A stretch of 64,000 bases of DNA from Catajapyx aquilonaris (lineage: Eukaryota): the NCBI GenBank assembly GCA_000934665.2, contig KZ538279.1, positions 1 through 64,000 on the forward strand. The letters run 5' to 3'. The notes under the pieces are model-generated. The model was not told the DNA's origin and ran no database searches. It saw nothing but the letters and a program-made list of their open reading frames with translations. The stretch's first letter is position 1; each line of letters begins with the position of its first letter. The translations under genes and the position numbers were made by a program. This document shows, piece after piece, positions 25,810 through 40,800 of this stretch.

Positions 25810-28800
25810 TTGAATCTGTCACAATGAGAGCACCTTCTTCACAATCGTCTTTTCGCCATGCTTGCTTCTTACAGTACAGGTGTACAGTGCAGTACAGTAC
25901 AAGTTGCTCAACATTTGGATTTTTGGTCCGAAAGGTCGAAAAAGGTACGATCCGTCAAAAAAAAACCGCCAAACAGAGAGCCATCCATCACAACTCTCTC
26001 AAGGTAAAAGCTATGAAAAAATTGCTTCTGTTATGTTTATGGTTGTATAGCGGAAGGCTACTATATGGCATTACAATGAACTACAAAAGAACGGGATATG
26101 ACCTGACCTAGCACCATGAGTTAGACTTGTTGAGGTCATGATGTCAACCCGTTACATTGCACTGTACACATTTTACTGTATTCCTTCCATAAAATAACCA
26201 TCTTCTATAGGCTTACAAATTGCCAGATGATTACAGGCACTGGAATTTTACACCGTAGTGGAATATTACAGCTTCATTCATACAATTTGAGCCATCATGA
26301 CTTTAAGCTCTAGTGTCGGCTTCACTTCTCGTCGTCCGACTATAAATCACAAGAGCACGATGTGAAACCCGAGCCTCGAAAATATGATGGCCTACCTTGC
26401 GCACGAACAATGGAAGCCAGGTCGTGCTAAGGCCTGCGCATAGAGATCTCAAGCTGTCACTGAACCCACTTCCCCGGAAAGACTTCCATCAAATTGTGAC
26501 AAAGTAACCTTAGACAAAGAAACGGAAGCGGGACGTAGGTGATTAAAATTTTGTCTGCCCCCGTCACGTCACCTGCAAAAATTGAGCCATAACAATTCTT
26601 ACTCCTGCATTGTTTTTATACGAAAAACAAAACTGCGTAGATACATTTTCCAATAATATTTTTTTCAGCCCATTTCCCTTATCCTAGATAAGTGCAAAAA
26701 CCCTGATCATTTTTGCGCCTGAATCCAACCCCCGAGTATATCGCAACATAAAAATCTCCCGGGCTCTTCCGTTTCCTGCAGAAAATGGGCAAAAGTCTGG
26801 CAAACACAATCCGTTCTGCTTCCGATCTCAAAAAAAAATCTCCAAAAAAAACTGAACACAAAAAAATGCTCCTAAGAACGCTTAGAAGAAGCCTTGGTTA
26901 CGTTGGCAACGCATCATTTCATCCTACTAGTCTCCCCTACGTGCCATTTGATGCCGATGAAGAGGGAAGTGGAAGTAGATTTGGCCAAGTTTCCCTAGAT
27001 GGCCAAGTGAGCCTCCCCAATTTAAGGGAGGAGGAGGAGGTAGGGGATGGAGAGGGTGGTGGATGTCCCATGAGGCTTTTTCACCGCTGGGTTGTTAAGT
27101 GGAGAGAACAAGCCCATGTGTGGAAGCTATTAATGCCCTTTAATAGGGCAATTTGTGGCAGGGGGATGTGGTGTTGATGGTATTAGCTTAGGAAATAAAG
27201 ATATCACCGCTTAATGGCCCGCTTAACCTTATACCCATATCCCCGAAAAGACGTTGGTGCCAAGTAGCCGAATCATGCTGATCCAGAAAAATGATGCCAC
27301 ACAAATTTCTGCAAAATGAAAACACTTTTCCAACACCCGATTTCACCAACCTAATTGCATATCAAAAAGTGTACAGAAACACAACCAAAACTCGGTCCGG
27401 ATGATAACGCAGCAAACGGACATGAAATAATACAACCAGTAAGTTGCTATCTTTTTGGCAACCAGACTAGTAGCTGGCAAAACGACAGCTTCCCTTATAC
27501 AGAGGGGGACTTTTTTTGACAAAAAAAAAAGTAAATAGAGGATTTTCTAGCACCTCTAGCTTTCCCCCTTTTTTAAGCAGTCAATTTTGCAGGGCTTTTC
27601 TCTGCGAACCGCAACCACCCAAGTTGTTGCTCAGTAGTGTATTTCAGGGCTTAATTACTCGTTGGTTTTGCATTATGGGAGCTCGTGTCGTTGTTTGCTT
27701 CGTTTACCCACTGGATTTGGAACTGATTTCGCTGTTGTGTAGTGGAATATAATGCGTGGACATGCTGGACTACGGATCAGTGTCTGGATGGATGATATGT
27801 ACTGCCCAAAATTCGGTTGCTGGTTTATTCAAACGTCTCGGAAGACAAACATGGGGGGGGTGATATTTTGCAAATATTGAATTTATCGGGTCGACGCATA
27901 TGATAACGGAAAAATAATAAATAGAATTATCAAAAGCATATAATATTTTGCGTAAGATTCCCGGAAAGTACTCTTGTTCAAATGCAATTTATCATCCGTT
28001 GTAATGTTTACATGACAATGCGTGACAGCTTGCTCTAACTGTAAGACACAGTGTAACTGCGTCTTCTGACATGGCATAATTATTGTGTACGTGTCGATCA
28101 CTATACAGCCTTGTGCAGGTTAAAAGTATAACTTATCCCGGTTCCACATGCATGACACTACATTTTTCAAAACCTTCCTCTAATCTGGTATGCTGGTGTA
28201 ACAGCAGGTGTTTAGTTTCAGTTCAATTTTTTCGCACTAATTGACTATTACAAACAATTAATTCTAAAAGTCACAAAAATATTAATAGTTGGAATTATTT
28301 ACACATTTTGAAATCACTAGCCTGCAAAAAATGAGCTGAACCGTTGATTTCAGGTGTCAATGGACTTGGAAATTTATTTCAAATCATGGGCTTGAAGGCA
28401 TGATTCTTCTCAGCCTAATATTATAGTAACCGCTAAAAGCAACTCTGTTGGAAAATAATCATGTTTAGTGTGATAAATTCGCCAACTGAAACGCTGTGTG
28501 TACGGGCATGTCGTATTACGCAATTGTGACATAGCACTTAGAGTCAGGGCGTGCACATGTCAAATCTCACCACTAGTGCATTCATATAGTTCAATCACTC
28601 TAGTTTTATTTCTATATCAAATATATTTAGTTACGGTTAGCTGTAATTCAAGTTGAATATATTGATCATTAAAATATATACCATATCGCAGTGCAGGTGC
28701 AGGTCACTATCATATTTTGCTTGGGGAACCTACTGTAGATTTTGCGGGTGCAAAAGGTGCGTGACGGTGGGTATACAAGACACATATACGAATGTAAAAA

Positions 28801-30100
28801 AAGAAAGAAATGCAAGTTGTATTTGCCAATGGACGAGTCATTGATATCAGTTAATAAAATTTGATTTAGCTTAATATGAAAGTTCCAACCTGGTAACTAC
28901 CACTAAAACTATAGCACTGGTACACACAATCAATATGGATACCACCAATAAGCTGGAATTAGAAGATAACATTTTATGCGTGTAATATTTCAAACAGAGC
29001 CTACAAACCTAACCTTAGTATTTCATCAACTGACAAAGCCACAAAGTTTCAAGCTGCAACATGAATGGCATGACATGTAATCAATATAACTGAAGAAACT
29101 ATTACATTGCTCATAATGAGCGAAAGGCATCGGAAACGAAGTCAACGGAATACTGTATATTGGCTTGCAATCAAAGGAATTCATTAAAAACGTACTCTAT
29201 ATACTTCTGCGTATTATACTAACCCATGCTATGTATACAATATTGGTAAGCTTATATGAGGTGGTACAGCTAACTTTCACATTTTGTCGAAAGTTCAAAT
29301 AATATAATAAGGAAGGTATGAAGTAATAATTTAGTACATGTGTCACGATTTTCAATTTGACACTTGCACTTTTATGTAGTATTAGTGCTCCCTCATTAAC
29401 AATACCAAATTTCAAATTTCATTTCACAGACAAAATGTTTAAGAGGTGACCTTTCTTGATGGAACACCTCTGTTTACTTAGAACACTTGTTAAAATGATA
29501 TATCATGATTATTTAGCATGGGTTCAAATCACCCAGAAAGCGATTTACCAGTGTCAATATGAAATTTGTTATGCCAGGAAATAATTTATTGTGAATGGAT
29601 TTCGCCTTGAGTTTCTTTTCAAAGTTAAGAGTAACCGCCAAGAATATGCCAACATAATAACAAGAATAGTTTTCCATCATGGTCCTTATTAGAAGTTACT
29701 CTTAAATAAGACGAAAACCCGTATATAGCCTACATTAGTTCATCAACGAATTTTGTTTGCTTACCCCGTGCTCAGATTACAAATGTGTTGCATCAAGGAA
29801 TTGTTTTTACAAGTTATTAAATATTCCTAAATTTTGAAATATTGTTTGTTGGAAAAATAGAAGCCTTTTTTACTTCTCCGGCTGTGGTCAAATATTTGCA
29901 GAACCAACAAAAACACGTTAAAGATCCCAGACGAAATCTGAAGGTAAACTTAACGCATAAAAACTATACACTTCCTTTTGATATACGTCCACGTGAAACA
30001 TCCAAATTAAAAATGCATTGATATTCTTACTTGAGTATTTATCAGGCACGGAAGCCACGCTTCCGTGCCAGTTTTTATTAAACGTATGCCTACAATTTTA

Positions 30101-31378
30101 TTGCAGGTCACATTCTACATTTTCTTGAGATTAAAAACATATCACCATATGACCTTTTCCTAACATTCAATGAAATATCCGAAGAGGGTTTTGCATGGTT
30201 CACGAAAAAAAAAAAAACGTGTTGGGGGGCCTGGATAGTCGCGCTCGCTGCGCTGCCGTCCTACCTATTTTTCGCGCGCCCTATGCTTCTCATGTGAGTT
30301 ACTCTTATATTTCTTAAAACATCCCGATAAAATGTACACAGAGTCTTCTGTCATGTCATGAAATACCAGTAGGGTTTTAATAAGTACCTGAGTAGGAAAA
30401 TGATAGGTGACACTAATGATTCCTCTCCGGTTCATTTGCACACATTTACTCTCCCTTTAACTAAGTTTCTAATGTGATAATCTGCCAGGCACTAGCACGT
30501 CACATGTATTCAAATTCAAGATTACTCTGCAAAATTGCGAGACAGATTTTCGGCGTCTGCAGCAATAAAAGGAACCAAAGCCTCCAAGGAATCAATTAAA
30601 TCAATTAAACACCTACTAACACTCGGGGGGGGGGAGGGGGTGGCGCAGGTTACTTGACTATCACAAAAGGGGGTCGCGACCCGAAAAAGGTTGGGAACCA
30701 CTGGTGTATAGTGACTATCCGGTTAACTTCTGCATCTCAGTGGTTATCCAAAAAAATTCTGTTGACCTCCTCTCAAAGTCATTCTGGATCCCAGCTGCTG
30801 ACATTCTGTGTACTGTACTGTCAACTGTACAGTACGTTCTCTGCATCAGCAGGATCGTACAACCTGTTTTGAAGGATACTCCAGCATGAAAATCCAAGTC
30901 TGCATCACTAACATGCTGTGTGATTGAGGAATGGTAATAACGCTTGATCATATAGTCCATCTCTTACAAGAGTTACATGAGAGACTTACAGTTATTACAA
31001 GGAGACTAATGTGTGCAAATGAACCGGAGAGAAATCATGCGAGTATCACCCATCATTTTTCTTAGGGACACACCCTACTGGTAAATTTTGACATGACAGA
31101 AGGCTATGTGGTGAAGTTTACATTTTGTCGTGATGTTTTAAGGGTGGACAAACATGAGAGTGACTCCGAGTGACTCACATGAGAAGCAAAAGGCGCGCGA
31201 AAAATATAGGCGCGATGACAGCGCAGTGCGCGTCTATTCGCCCCCCCCCCCCCCCNCCACCCCCAACACTTTTCCATTTTCTTTTCTTGTGATTAATGTA
31301 AACCCTCTCGATGCATTCCATGGTCATGTGTTGATAAGTTTTAAATTTCAAGAAAATGGAGAATGTAACTTGGTGCAA
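30101..31378. mobile_element. Large degenerate foldback element (~380-bp inverted arms)
   Basis: Inverted matches: TCTCCGGTTCATTTGCACACATT / AATGTGTGCAAATGAACCGGAGA; TTTTTCGCGCGCC..TGCTTCTCATGTGAGT / ACTCACATGAGAAGCA..GGCGCGCGAAAAA; ACATTCTACATTTTCTTGA / TCAAGAAAATGGAGAATGT. Boundaries are approximate. Confidence 0.8.
30608..30703 (-). mobile_element. Terminal fragment of a hAT (Buster-type) MITE nested in the foldback spacer
   Basis: Ends AGGTTGGGAACCACTG followed by GTGTATAG (nnnTAnnn target); reverse complement of 36282-36378. Confidence 0.8.
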
Positions 31379-34300
31379 GAGGTCAGCGTGACTTACCCTG
31401 AAATTTCATCCTGCGCTTATTGTTGTAATATGTTTTCGATTCAGAAATATGAATCCATGTACTATTTCCAATCAAATCGCATATTCACAGTAATGTCGTT
31501 TATCTGACAAAAATGACGAATTCAACATTTTCTTAATTTTACACGAGAGCCGTAAGAAACCTGCAAACCGCTATATACTGTATACAAATACATATAGGAT
31601 GGCCTTTATATTTTCCGTTATAACTCTGAGGCCACTTTGTTCCATGCGGGTTAGCCATTTCGTCAGAATGTGACCCACCACTTGAAGGTGCTGGCAGAGG
31701 TCATAATATGATTTTAGCAAAAATTGTCAGATTAACGACGTGTTGTACGTGTTACAGTAAAAGATGTATAAACTTGAATGAACTTGATTATTGTGCATTA
31801 CACGGATGAAAAGAAGCAAAGCTAGACGCGTAGTAGGCTACTGGCATTTCGTAATCTGTTTCATATATTATAGCAATCCGCAGTAATCGGGTAATAAATT
31901 TTAATTTCTGGGTGTTTGAGAAGAAACACCTGTCTACATATCTTGGTATAGACCTGACACATCATTTGCAAATATAAAATAATGTCAGCATGATAACGGT
32001 TTCTTTCCCAATCTATGTATTATGGAGTGAAATTTAAATCACAAGAAGAAAATAGTTTTTACCGTTTCAATTCTCTTCCAGTAAGAACAGAGTGTACTTT
32101 TCCATTTTTAAAAGCAATAGATTCCTGTTAAATTAATTTCATAACCTTATTTTCGCTCATAGAGCGACATGTCAGTAAAATCAGGTGACTTCGTTTAAAA
32201 AAAATTCCCGCACAACCTTTATGCAGGCATGTCGGTATACAGAGAAAAGTTTTGTCTATATTTTACTGTCTTGCAAATGGGGTAACTTTTAATAATCTAG
32301 AGGAAAATATTTACTCCTCTCCACCATCAGTCAGTTTCCATTTGCAAAAACTATCTGCTCCTGTAAACCTCTGTAAAACTTTTGCGATAAGACGCCACCT
32401 TTTCTCTCACACACACTGTCTCTCTGAACAAGTTTTAGTTATTACTTAGTATTAATAGACATTTCTACTTCACTTGTAACTATACAATTCCTTTTGCCCC
32501 TCCTCAAAGTTTCTGCCTATAGGAATTGTATCATACGAATTGAAGTTAAAATGAAAATGTCTATAATATTCTCGAAGGAATTGGGAAATGACAAAACACT
32601 GCAATATTATGCCGCGCAGAAATATCCTTTACAATAATCTAATATCACAGAGAAGTGCCTATAATAATAACTTTCTTAATAAAAAAATGACAAGTCCAAA
32701 CAACCCGTATTGAGTTAAGGGCATAGTTATTCCGGTAGGCAATCAGAAAACACCCCCCCCCCCTCACACACACACACGTGACTTATGTGCACTCAAATTG
32801 GTTCCAAATGAAGATTTTGATTTGATGACAATTCATTCCAGTGTCAAAACTGAAATTTATAATCGTGGGTTAAGCTGGATATATATGACCATGCGAAAGT
32901 TACCAATCATCCAACAGATTCTTGAACTTGCTAACAATCAGCAAGTACCTATATCTGGGCCGACTTAACATCAATCGTGAGATTGTAATATTAATTTCCG
33001 GTCATGATATACTTCAGCAAATTTTTGCAATATTGTCGTGTACAAAATGTGCCTGCGGGAACAGACGGCAGACATTCTAAATAAGTTATCATAATATCGA
33101 TATATACTTCTGATGAAGCTGCGCAATTATTTTATAAAAGCCGGGTTGCATAACGATTGAATCATCCCTTATTATCTTGAATTGCATCATTTTACTACAG
33201 TCAAGTTATATGGTCTGCACTTGCCTACTTCGAATCCCATAAGTTTGTTAGCATTCATCAAATTTTTGTGAGGTCGAAAGTAATTCAAGTACAGTACAGT
33301 CCAGACATGCGCTGGAAACAGCTGCAGTTATCGGAGCGGCTGGTATGTCACATATGTCAAAAAGAAAGAACAATCACAGAAAACTGCGCCTTCTTCATTT
33401 TAGTCCCGGACAACTTGCCTCGTCACGTCTTATTGTTTACCCTGTGATAATGCAGTTGACGTTGTTGACTGTTGACATCACTTCAAGCTCCAGAGGCGCA
33501 CTTCGTCGAATTAAATGGTTATATCATATACTATTTGGTTATAACTGGTTATGTCACTTCTGTTAGTGTTTTTTGCTGTGTAAACTCAATACGGGCATCT
33601 GTTCAGTTGTATTTCAGAAGTATACGTACAATATAAAGTCAATACCAAATGGGTCGGAGCGACGACAGGAGAGTCCCGAGCTCGAGTTATTGATATTTAT
33701 TTCTGCATGTAACCTTCAAATTCCCGTCATTTCACTTCATTTCTAACGGACTAGTTAAAGACGTCCTTATTGGTGTGTTGCCTGGTATTTTCACAATGAC
33801 ATTTAAGTTATTACCTAAAAGCATGGCAGAGAAAAAAAATCGGAGCAAAGAGCAGTTTTCAAATTCGGCCACTTTTTGAAGGAAAAAACGTGAAACCCTA
33901 AAATTATGGTAACGAGAAGGGAATCAGGCAGAGCGACAATACGTTTGAAATATTATGATAAAGCTATTCATGCAGAGTCGGTTATATAAAAACAAAAGAA
34001 GTGCTCCAAATCCCACAGAAACTATTCCTGTAGCGATTAGTCCCAGCATGCAAATGGCTGCTATAGTTCTGGTTTTTGAAGGATATACTTCTCTCATGAA
34101 GTCATTCTGAAAACAACCACTAATCTTGTGCTTCTTAAAAACCAAAACACAGTACGTCCGTATTTTGCAATTATTTTGTGGTCCTTTCCCGAGGTTCTGA
34201 CACGCGAAAGTGGTAGCTAAAATCAATATGTACCGTGCAATAATTATACTGTATTTTATCCCCTTTTGAATAACGATGAGATTGGCGCTGATCCATCCAT

Positions 34301-36281
34301 CCATTTCCAATCCCCTGGGGACCGCCCATAAAGGGTTTAACTAACAGCACCAATCTGAATCCTCAATTATCTTATTTACTTCAGTTTTAAATACTACATC
34401 TCGTATTCATTATTCAAATTCAAATTTTGTTTCCTATACCAGCATAGCCTCTGACCTCATTTATATAGGTCTATATTATGTTGTAGGCCCTATCACATGT
34501 CCTCAGTGTAATTAAAAATTTCTTGTTGAATGGTTTGTTAGGAATGTTCTCCATTGCACTCGTGTGAACCTATAGCAATACGCCAGATTTGACATTTTTG
34601 AGATCTGAGAACTATACTGAAACATTGTCAAACTTCTATTAAACTGCACTTTTTCAGACTTTCCCTTTCACTTCACCGATTGTTTGCCTGGTGTACCCAT
34701 GCTCGACACCCGGTTGTTCACATTCAATTTCAAAATACAATCAACAGTAAGGGAACTGCAAGTGTTGAATTCATTTTAGGATATGCAGGTCACACCAAGC
34801 TCTTTTCTCCATTAGACAAGAAATCTCATTATTCTACCGTATACAAAACCGGGCAAAATGTGGCAGAATTTGGCCATTTTGAGAACGCCAGAAAGGGTTT
34901 CATACAGGTCTATTTACGTATACAGTATGTCTTGGTCAGCACACGTTTTTAAAAAGTAGATTGGACCTCATTGAAAAAAAAAATCACAAATCCCAGCATA
35001 CATGTAGACTCAAGTTTGTGCGGCTCATCAGCTGACGCGACTCGCGTTGAAAACCGTATGAAACCATGTTTTTATTACTTGATCGTTGACTGATCATATC
35101 CGTTAACAGCCACTTTGCATTTTTGAAAGAAAAAAATATATGGACGTCCTGCACCAGGGTGTGCTGTGCATTTTAAAATCCTATCATGCAAATTTGTATT
35201 AGGACACATACTCAAATTATTGTACTGTACATAAATACAAGTATATACGAATTTATTAACTCATTGTGCAACCCTTGTTTTTTTTTACATTCCTGACACC
35301 TAAAGACAAGTAATCTGTAATAGAAATGATATTTTAAATGTCTACCTCCGGTTTTCAAGCCCATTTTGTACTCCACTCTACACATTAGGAAAATAATCGA
35401 TGAAGCACATGTCAAGTCTAACTGAAATATTACTTTTTATATTCTCTTTCAATTGTTCAGTCCTCTCAGAGAAGTAAATTAGACATATTTGATAATTTTT
35501 AGCAAGTTCGGGAATAAGCTGGATGATTGGCAACTTTCGCATGACTATACATGTCCAGCACCAGGTTGAAGGTGATACACATTGGATACGAGCATGCAAA
35601 AAATCAAAAAGTTTTTTGAATAATACTGTGTATATATTGGGATAATTTTGATAATTTCGATTGAGGTCACCCAGATTTCCAGATCTGATCTCTTCAAACT
35701 ATTCTGATAGGATTATCTGAAATGAAAGGGTGTAGGCCTACTCTAATCAACCCCGAGGGAATATTAAACGTGACTTGCAGTATTTTTGCAGTAAAATGTG
35801 CTTCAGCGAATATTTTCCAGCATGGTATAAAATGTGCCTAGAACCCGGCGGCGCGGCGGGCGTTTTCAACATCACATGTAATACGGACTACTTCCTGCGA
35901 AGTAAGGCATCATATCTACTTCACGTATATTTGCTCCTTTCAAAATGATGGGGCTACCTCCTAATTATAATAAGTATTAATTAATACAATTAATTAATAG
36001 CACGCACTGTTGATATCTCTCACTTCGAGACGAGGCATTTGTGGCCTTCTGCAAGTGAAATAAGAGTCATGAGCATCGTGTTAGTCTGCCAGGGACGATT
36101 CTCGTTATCGAGATAACAAGCTGCAAAAGTAAACGCACAAAATATCCTGGAAGATATGCATCCCTCCACCGATCTAGCCTTTTATTAATTTTGTGGTGAT
36201 ACCTTGGGATTTAATGTTAAGGTCATGCACAAATAAATTAATGCGCTGGCTGTTCATCAACTATACCGGGATAGTCTAACA

Positions 36282-36530
36282 CATTGGTTCCCAACCTTTT
36301 TGGGGTTTCGACCCCCCTTTTATGATAGTCAAGTAACCTGCGACACCCCCCCCCCCTCCCCGAGTGTTAGTAGGTGTTGTAAAAGCAACCTTCGCGATGA
36401 AATTTCCTATAAATTTTTTATTAATTAATTAATTTTAGTTGTTTTTTTAATTTATAAAAATAACCGCGGCCATCCGCGGCCCCCCGGAAAAGGCTTCGCG
36501 ACCCCTTTGAGGCTCGCGACCCCCAGGTTA
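36282..36530 (+). mobile_element. hAT (Buster-type) MITE, right terminus truncated
   Basis: Starts CATTGGTTCCCAACC after GTCTAACA (nnnTAnnn); carries GCGACCCC subterminal motifs; first ~97 bp match 30608-30703 inverted. Confidence 0.8.
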
Positions 36531-37715
36531 ACATTTACCTGCCTTCAAAATAGTATTTCTTATACTGGAATGGGAGTATGGCGGGACTAGCCTTTCAAGT
36601 ATGCTATAACCGAGAGTCTGTTAAAGCCGAGGCTGTTATACCTGGAGATGATTGTATAAAATTAGTGGTTTTAGAATAAGAATTTTAATTTCACATATTA
36701 CAATAACCTTTTGGTAAATTTTCCGCCCCCGCCCCAATTAATGGCCCAGCTACTTCCATGCCTCAGTATCATGTAAATTTTCCATATTCTCAACAAACAA
36801 ATGACAAAAAAATGTTCATATTCCCTTGGCAATCATTGCATTATGCTCGAAACTGTACATTAATACCATATATGGCAAGTATTCATATTCAAGATTGCAA
36901 ATGACATGTTTAACTTTTAAAAACCGTGCAGGGTACTTGCTTCAAATTATGTGCTCGTCAACAAAGCAGTTCATCTTTTAATATAAAATTTATACTAAAA
37001 TCCGGCCAGCTCAGCAGAGCGCACCAACAAACCACAATCTACTGAAAGCTCTTCGTGCTCAACTACCTTGAGCTTACTACTTAATGAAAATTATATAGTC
37101 CCTAGAACCTATCTCATTTGGTGAGATGCATCACACCTGTCCACTACTATACACTCACAAAATTCCTTCACGATTAGACTAACACATGATTCAAGGCGAA
37201 ACGCCAAAATAAATGCGAATTCGCAAAGAAATACAGGAAATCGCCAAAAAAAGGGGGGCAAAAACCGGTGTTCCTGTTAACCTTCTTGTCACTTGTTCGA
37301 AGCTGCAGCAAGTGCCCCGTTTTCCAAACTTGTTGTGGGTAGATTTCCAAATAGGTTGAAAAATGGCGGCCCGAGTGTAAAGGAAACAGGTGCTCGTTTC
37401 TAGCTATAGTGACGGTGGTGGTTTCTGTAGAACTTCCGCTTCCTCCCGAACACAACGCACACGTACATTTCATCGTCGGACACGCAAGCTAATGTCAGTT
37501 ATTGATTACCGTTTGTTCTGTGGAATTTATGTCAGCTGCTCTATATTAGTTTTTTTTTTTTTGGTCGGTTCACCCCCAGTGTTGTATCCAGGTTAGAAAA
37601 CCCCTCTATATAGACATGTTGGAGTCATTCCGGCCTCTAAACCTTGTGCAGTCGCAGTTATGAATCTTAGATCATCGCCTTGCTTGTTTTTTCCCTCCTT
37701 TTCTGCAGTAATTTC

Positions 37716-37886
37716 NNNNNNNNNNNNNNNNNNNNNNNNNNNNNNNNNNNNNNNNNNNNNNNNNNNNNNNNNNNNNNNNNNNNNNNNNNNNNNNNNNNNN
37801 NNNNNNNNNNNNNNNNNNNNNNNNNNNNNNNNNNNNNNNNNNNNNNNNNNNNNNNNNNNNNNNNNNNNNNNNNNNNNNNNNNNNNN
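37716..37886. other. Assembly gap (N run)
   Basis: 171 N followed by a C homopolymer. Confidence 0.99.
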
Positions 37887-40800
37887 CCCCCCCCCCCTTA
37901 CTAATGTATGCTCATATCCCACATATTAATTCCTACCCTCAAAAATGAAAGTTGGAGAGAGAAAAAAAAATCTAGTATCGAGCGGTTGTAAAATAGCTGT
38001 TTTACCCAGAGGCTAAGACATTTAGACTTTTCCTGTGGAAAATGTGGAAATTAAGCTTGTGCGGCGGATGAGTTACATTGTCTGATGCTGCACGGTGCCA
38101 GCTGTGAGCACCTCATTTTTGGGAGTGTCTTATGATCATTTGCCTGCCTCATTAAGTTAGGGGGATGTGCTGTAGTTTGTTACCAGACATTTAGCAAGCA
38201 GGAGAAGGCCGGAGGGGTGGTTGAGGGCTATAGGGGTGGGGAAAGCCTCGTCGCACTAATATGCCGTATCGATCTCATTATTTCTGCTTCCCTCCAAATG
38301 AAACCAAAACTATTTCCGCAATTCCCACCCACCCAGTACCATCCCAGCCCCCTCTCTCACCCAAACAGCCTGCAACCCTGGGACCCGTCCGGATCGCCAG
38401 ATTTGCCCATTTAGCTCTTAGATTAGCCTACCAAATTTGGTTGTGTCACGTCAGGGATTTCACTAATTTTAATTTGTCATCGGTATGAAGCTAGTAGTCG
38501 GAACGGTATGCAATCCGGATTCTTATAGCTAAATGCTTCTAAAAAAAAGGGGGGGTAATCTTGATGTGACGGTCCGGTGGATGATGGCGGATTCTAAGCA
38601 TTCAATGGATTCGAAAAGCTCCTGTACAAGCTCCCCGATAACCTCCTCGGGAGACAATGACAAATGGCCTCGTGTATCAAGTGACGGTAGCAGTTAAACC
38701 GAGACTCTTCAGACAAGGTCACTGGAATTCTCCGACAAGATATCTTTATCGCCCCCCCCCCCTCCTTTTCTGGAACCAAAAAAATCTCAAAAAACTATAC
38801 CCCCCTCAGGTTCCATGACGCGGAACGTGATCCAAATTGGGATATATCTACACAGAAGCGACCTACGTAATGCAGTGCAGGTGATGGAAGAAGAGTGCAG
38901 GCGGCTGACAGCTTTTGAGCGATGGCCGCGGGTGGCCACCATTTGATCTGTCCTAATAGGGGGGGCCAAGGTGGGGGTTAAGGTTGGTTGGGTGGAGGGA
39001 TCGCCCTTTGATCAGAGCCAGTTGACACTTTGCCGGAAGAGATTTGCTGCCGGAGAAAGAGTGTCCCCTACGTCTTCTTTTTTATATGTAGGCGATGTAG
39101 GCCTACTAACAGTTGTGTCTTTTGTTTACTTGGTGGCGCTCGGGTGATGTAGGGTTACCAGGCGAAGACAGGTATAGCTCATGGTGCAAATATATTTGAA
39201 TAATTGCACGTATACTCTCACCTGAGAGGACATGTAATTAGTATGACACTAATAACCAGGAAAAGCTCCTCACATGACATTTTTTTATAAAAAATTGCTG
39301 CGATTACGCCACAGCTTTATATATAAAACTTGGCATTGACACTAGCAAACGTCGCAAAAAAAAGCCTAGATATCTTCCAGAAAAGCGCAGTAATAGCGGG
39401 GCATTTTTCCACCAGCTCGCTTTTCTTTTTACCTTAGGTCCTGGTAAAATTCCAGTCTGCCAGCAGATTTTACACAACATTAGACAGCGGGTCCGTGTGT
39501 TTTGTCTGGAAGGGCCGAGAGAAATGACGAGAGGAGGGCGACGTGAAGCTCGCTCTCCGCTTAACAGCAGTGAGAGCCCAGTTCGGGCATTGACTAATGA
39601 CACTTAATACTTGGGTTTCAGAGGATTTTCTCTCAGAATTGTATAGCTCCAGGGAGTGTTAAACACAACTGTCGCCTCCTTTTAAGCCGGACCTCCGAGT
39701 CTTGCTTCGATATATATGCTAGCTACTGCCCCTTTGCGCACAAAGGATATATGAGGAAAAAGAAAAAGTGTCCAGTCATTTTCTTCGAGCATCGGATTTC
39801 CATCGGCTGGCCACAGATGGAGGCTTACCGGATCTCATCAGCATGGAGAAGAAAAGGAAGCAGCGCAGTCACTTGTCTCACCCAAAACCCCTGCCGCAGT
39901 CCGCAGCTATTGTGTGGCACACCCAGGGGATATAAGACCCGTAGAAAATACCATTCAGCCCGAAGACAGAGCTGAACCCTAGGTCTTACCTGACCCCCAC
40001 GCGTGGCCTAATGATGCGAAAATTGCAAATGGCCGCTAGGGCCCGGTTGACAGGCCTGGCCGAGCCTCTTCCTCCGTCTTATGCAAACCGGCCGCTGACG
40101 CCATGACGAATCTTCTACCTAGTCACTAGCCGGCGTATTTTGCATGCCAATCAGACTGTGAAGCTGAAAGATTTATGCCACTTCACGTTCAGCAGCACTT
40201 TGGTGCCACTGGAGAAGGAGGAGGCGCACACAATCAGGGGATGTCATAGGCGTACAAACCGTTTTTTCCGCTCGTTTTTTAGCCGGCCGCCTTTTATCCG
40301 GGATGGGGGAGGGGACAACATTATCGTGACAAATTATGGGAAGTAAGCAAAGATGAAACTTAGGGAAGCTGGCATCAGAAATTCAGATGACCAAAGGCGG
40401 CTGGCCGATTTATCACGGGAACCAAATAGCCATCGTCACTGTAAACGACGGTTCATTTTTAATATAAATGGAGGCAGAAGGAGTGGCAGCCACCGCCTAA
40501 ACGAGCTTGATAGACGAACGCATCTCCTGGTTTTATCTAGCTTAAAAAAATAGCACGTAGCATGTATTGAACTGTCCGATATTCACGGTGTCTTGTCCCC
40601 GGGTTGAGTGGACTGGAAGCCGGGCTACATCCGTACAAAATGTCGCAGATCCCCGGCCATCCATTTGACCAAGTGTCCGCTCCGAATGGTGTCAGTTGGG
40701 AGTCCGGAACTCCGGAACCTGGCCGGCCCCTCCCTACCCTAGCCCCGGCCCAACTTCTCATTTATTTGGCCAGCAGAAGAGATATGCTTGGTATGAAAGT

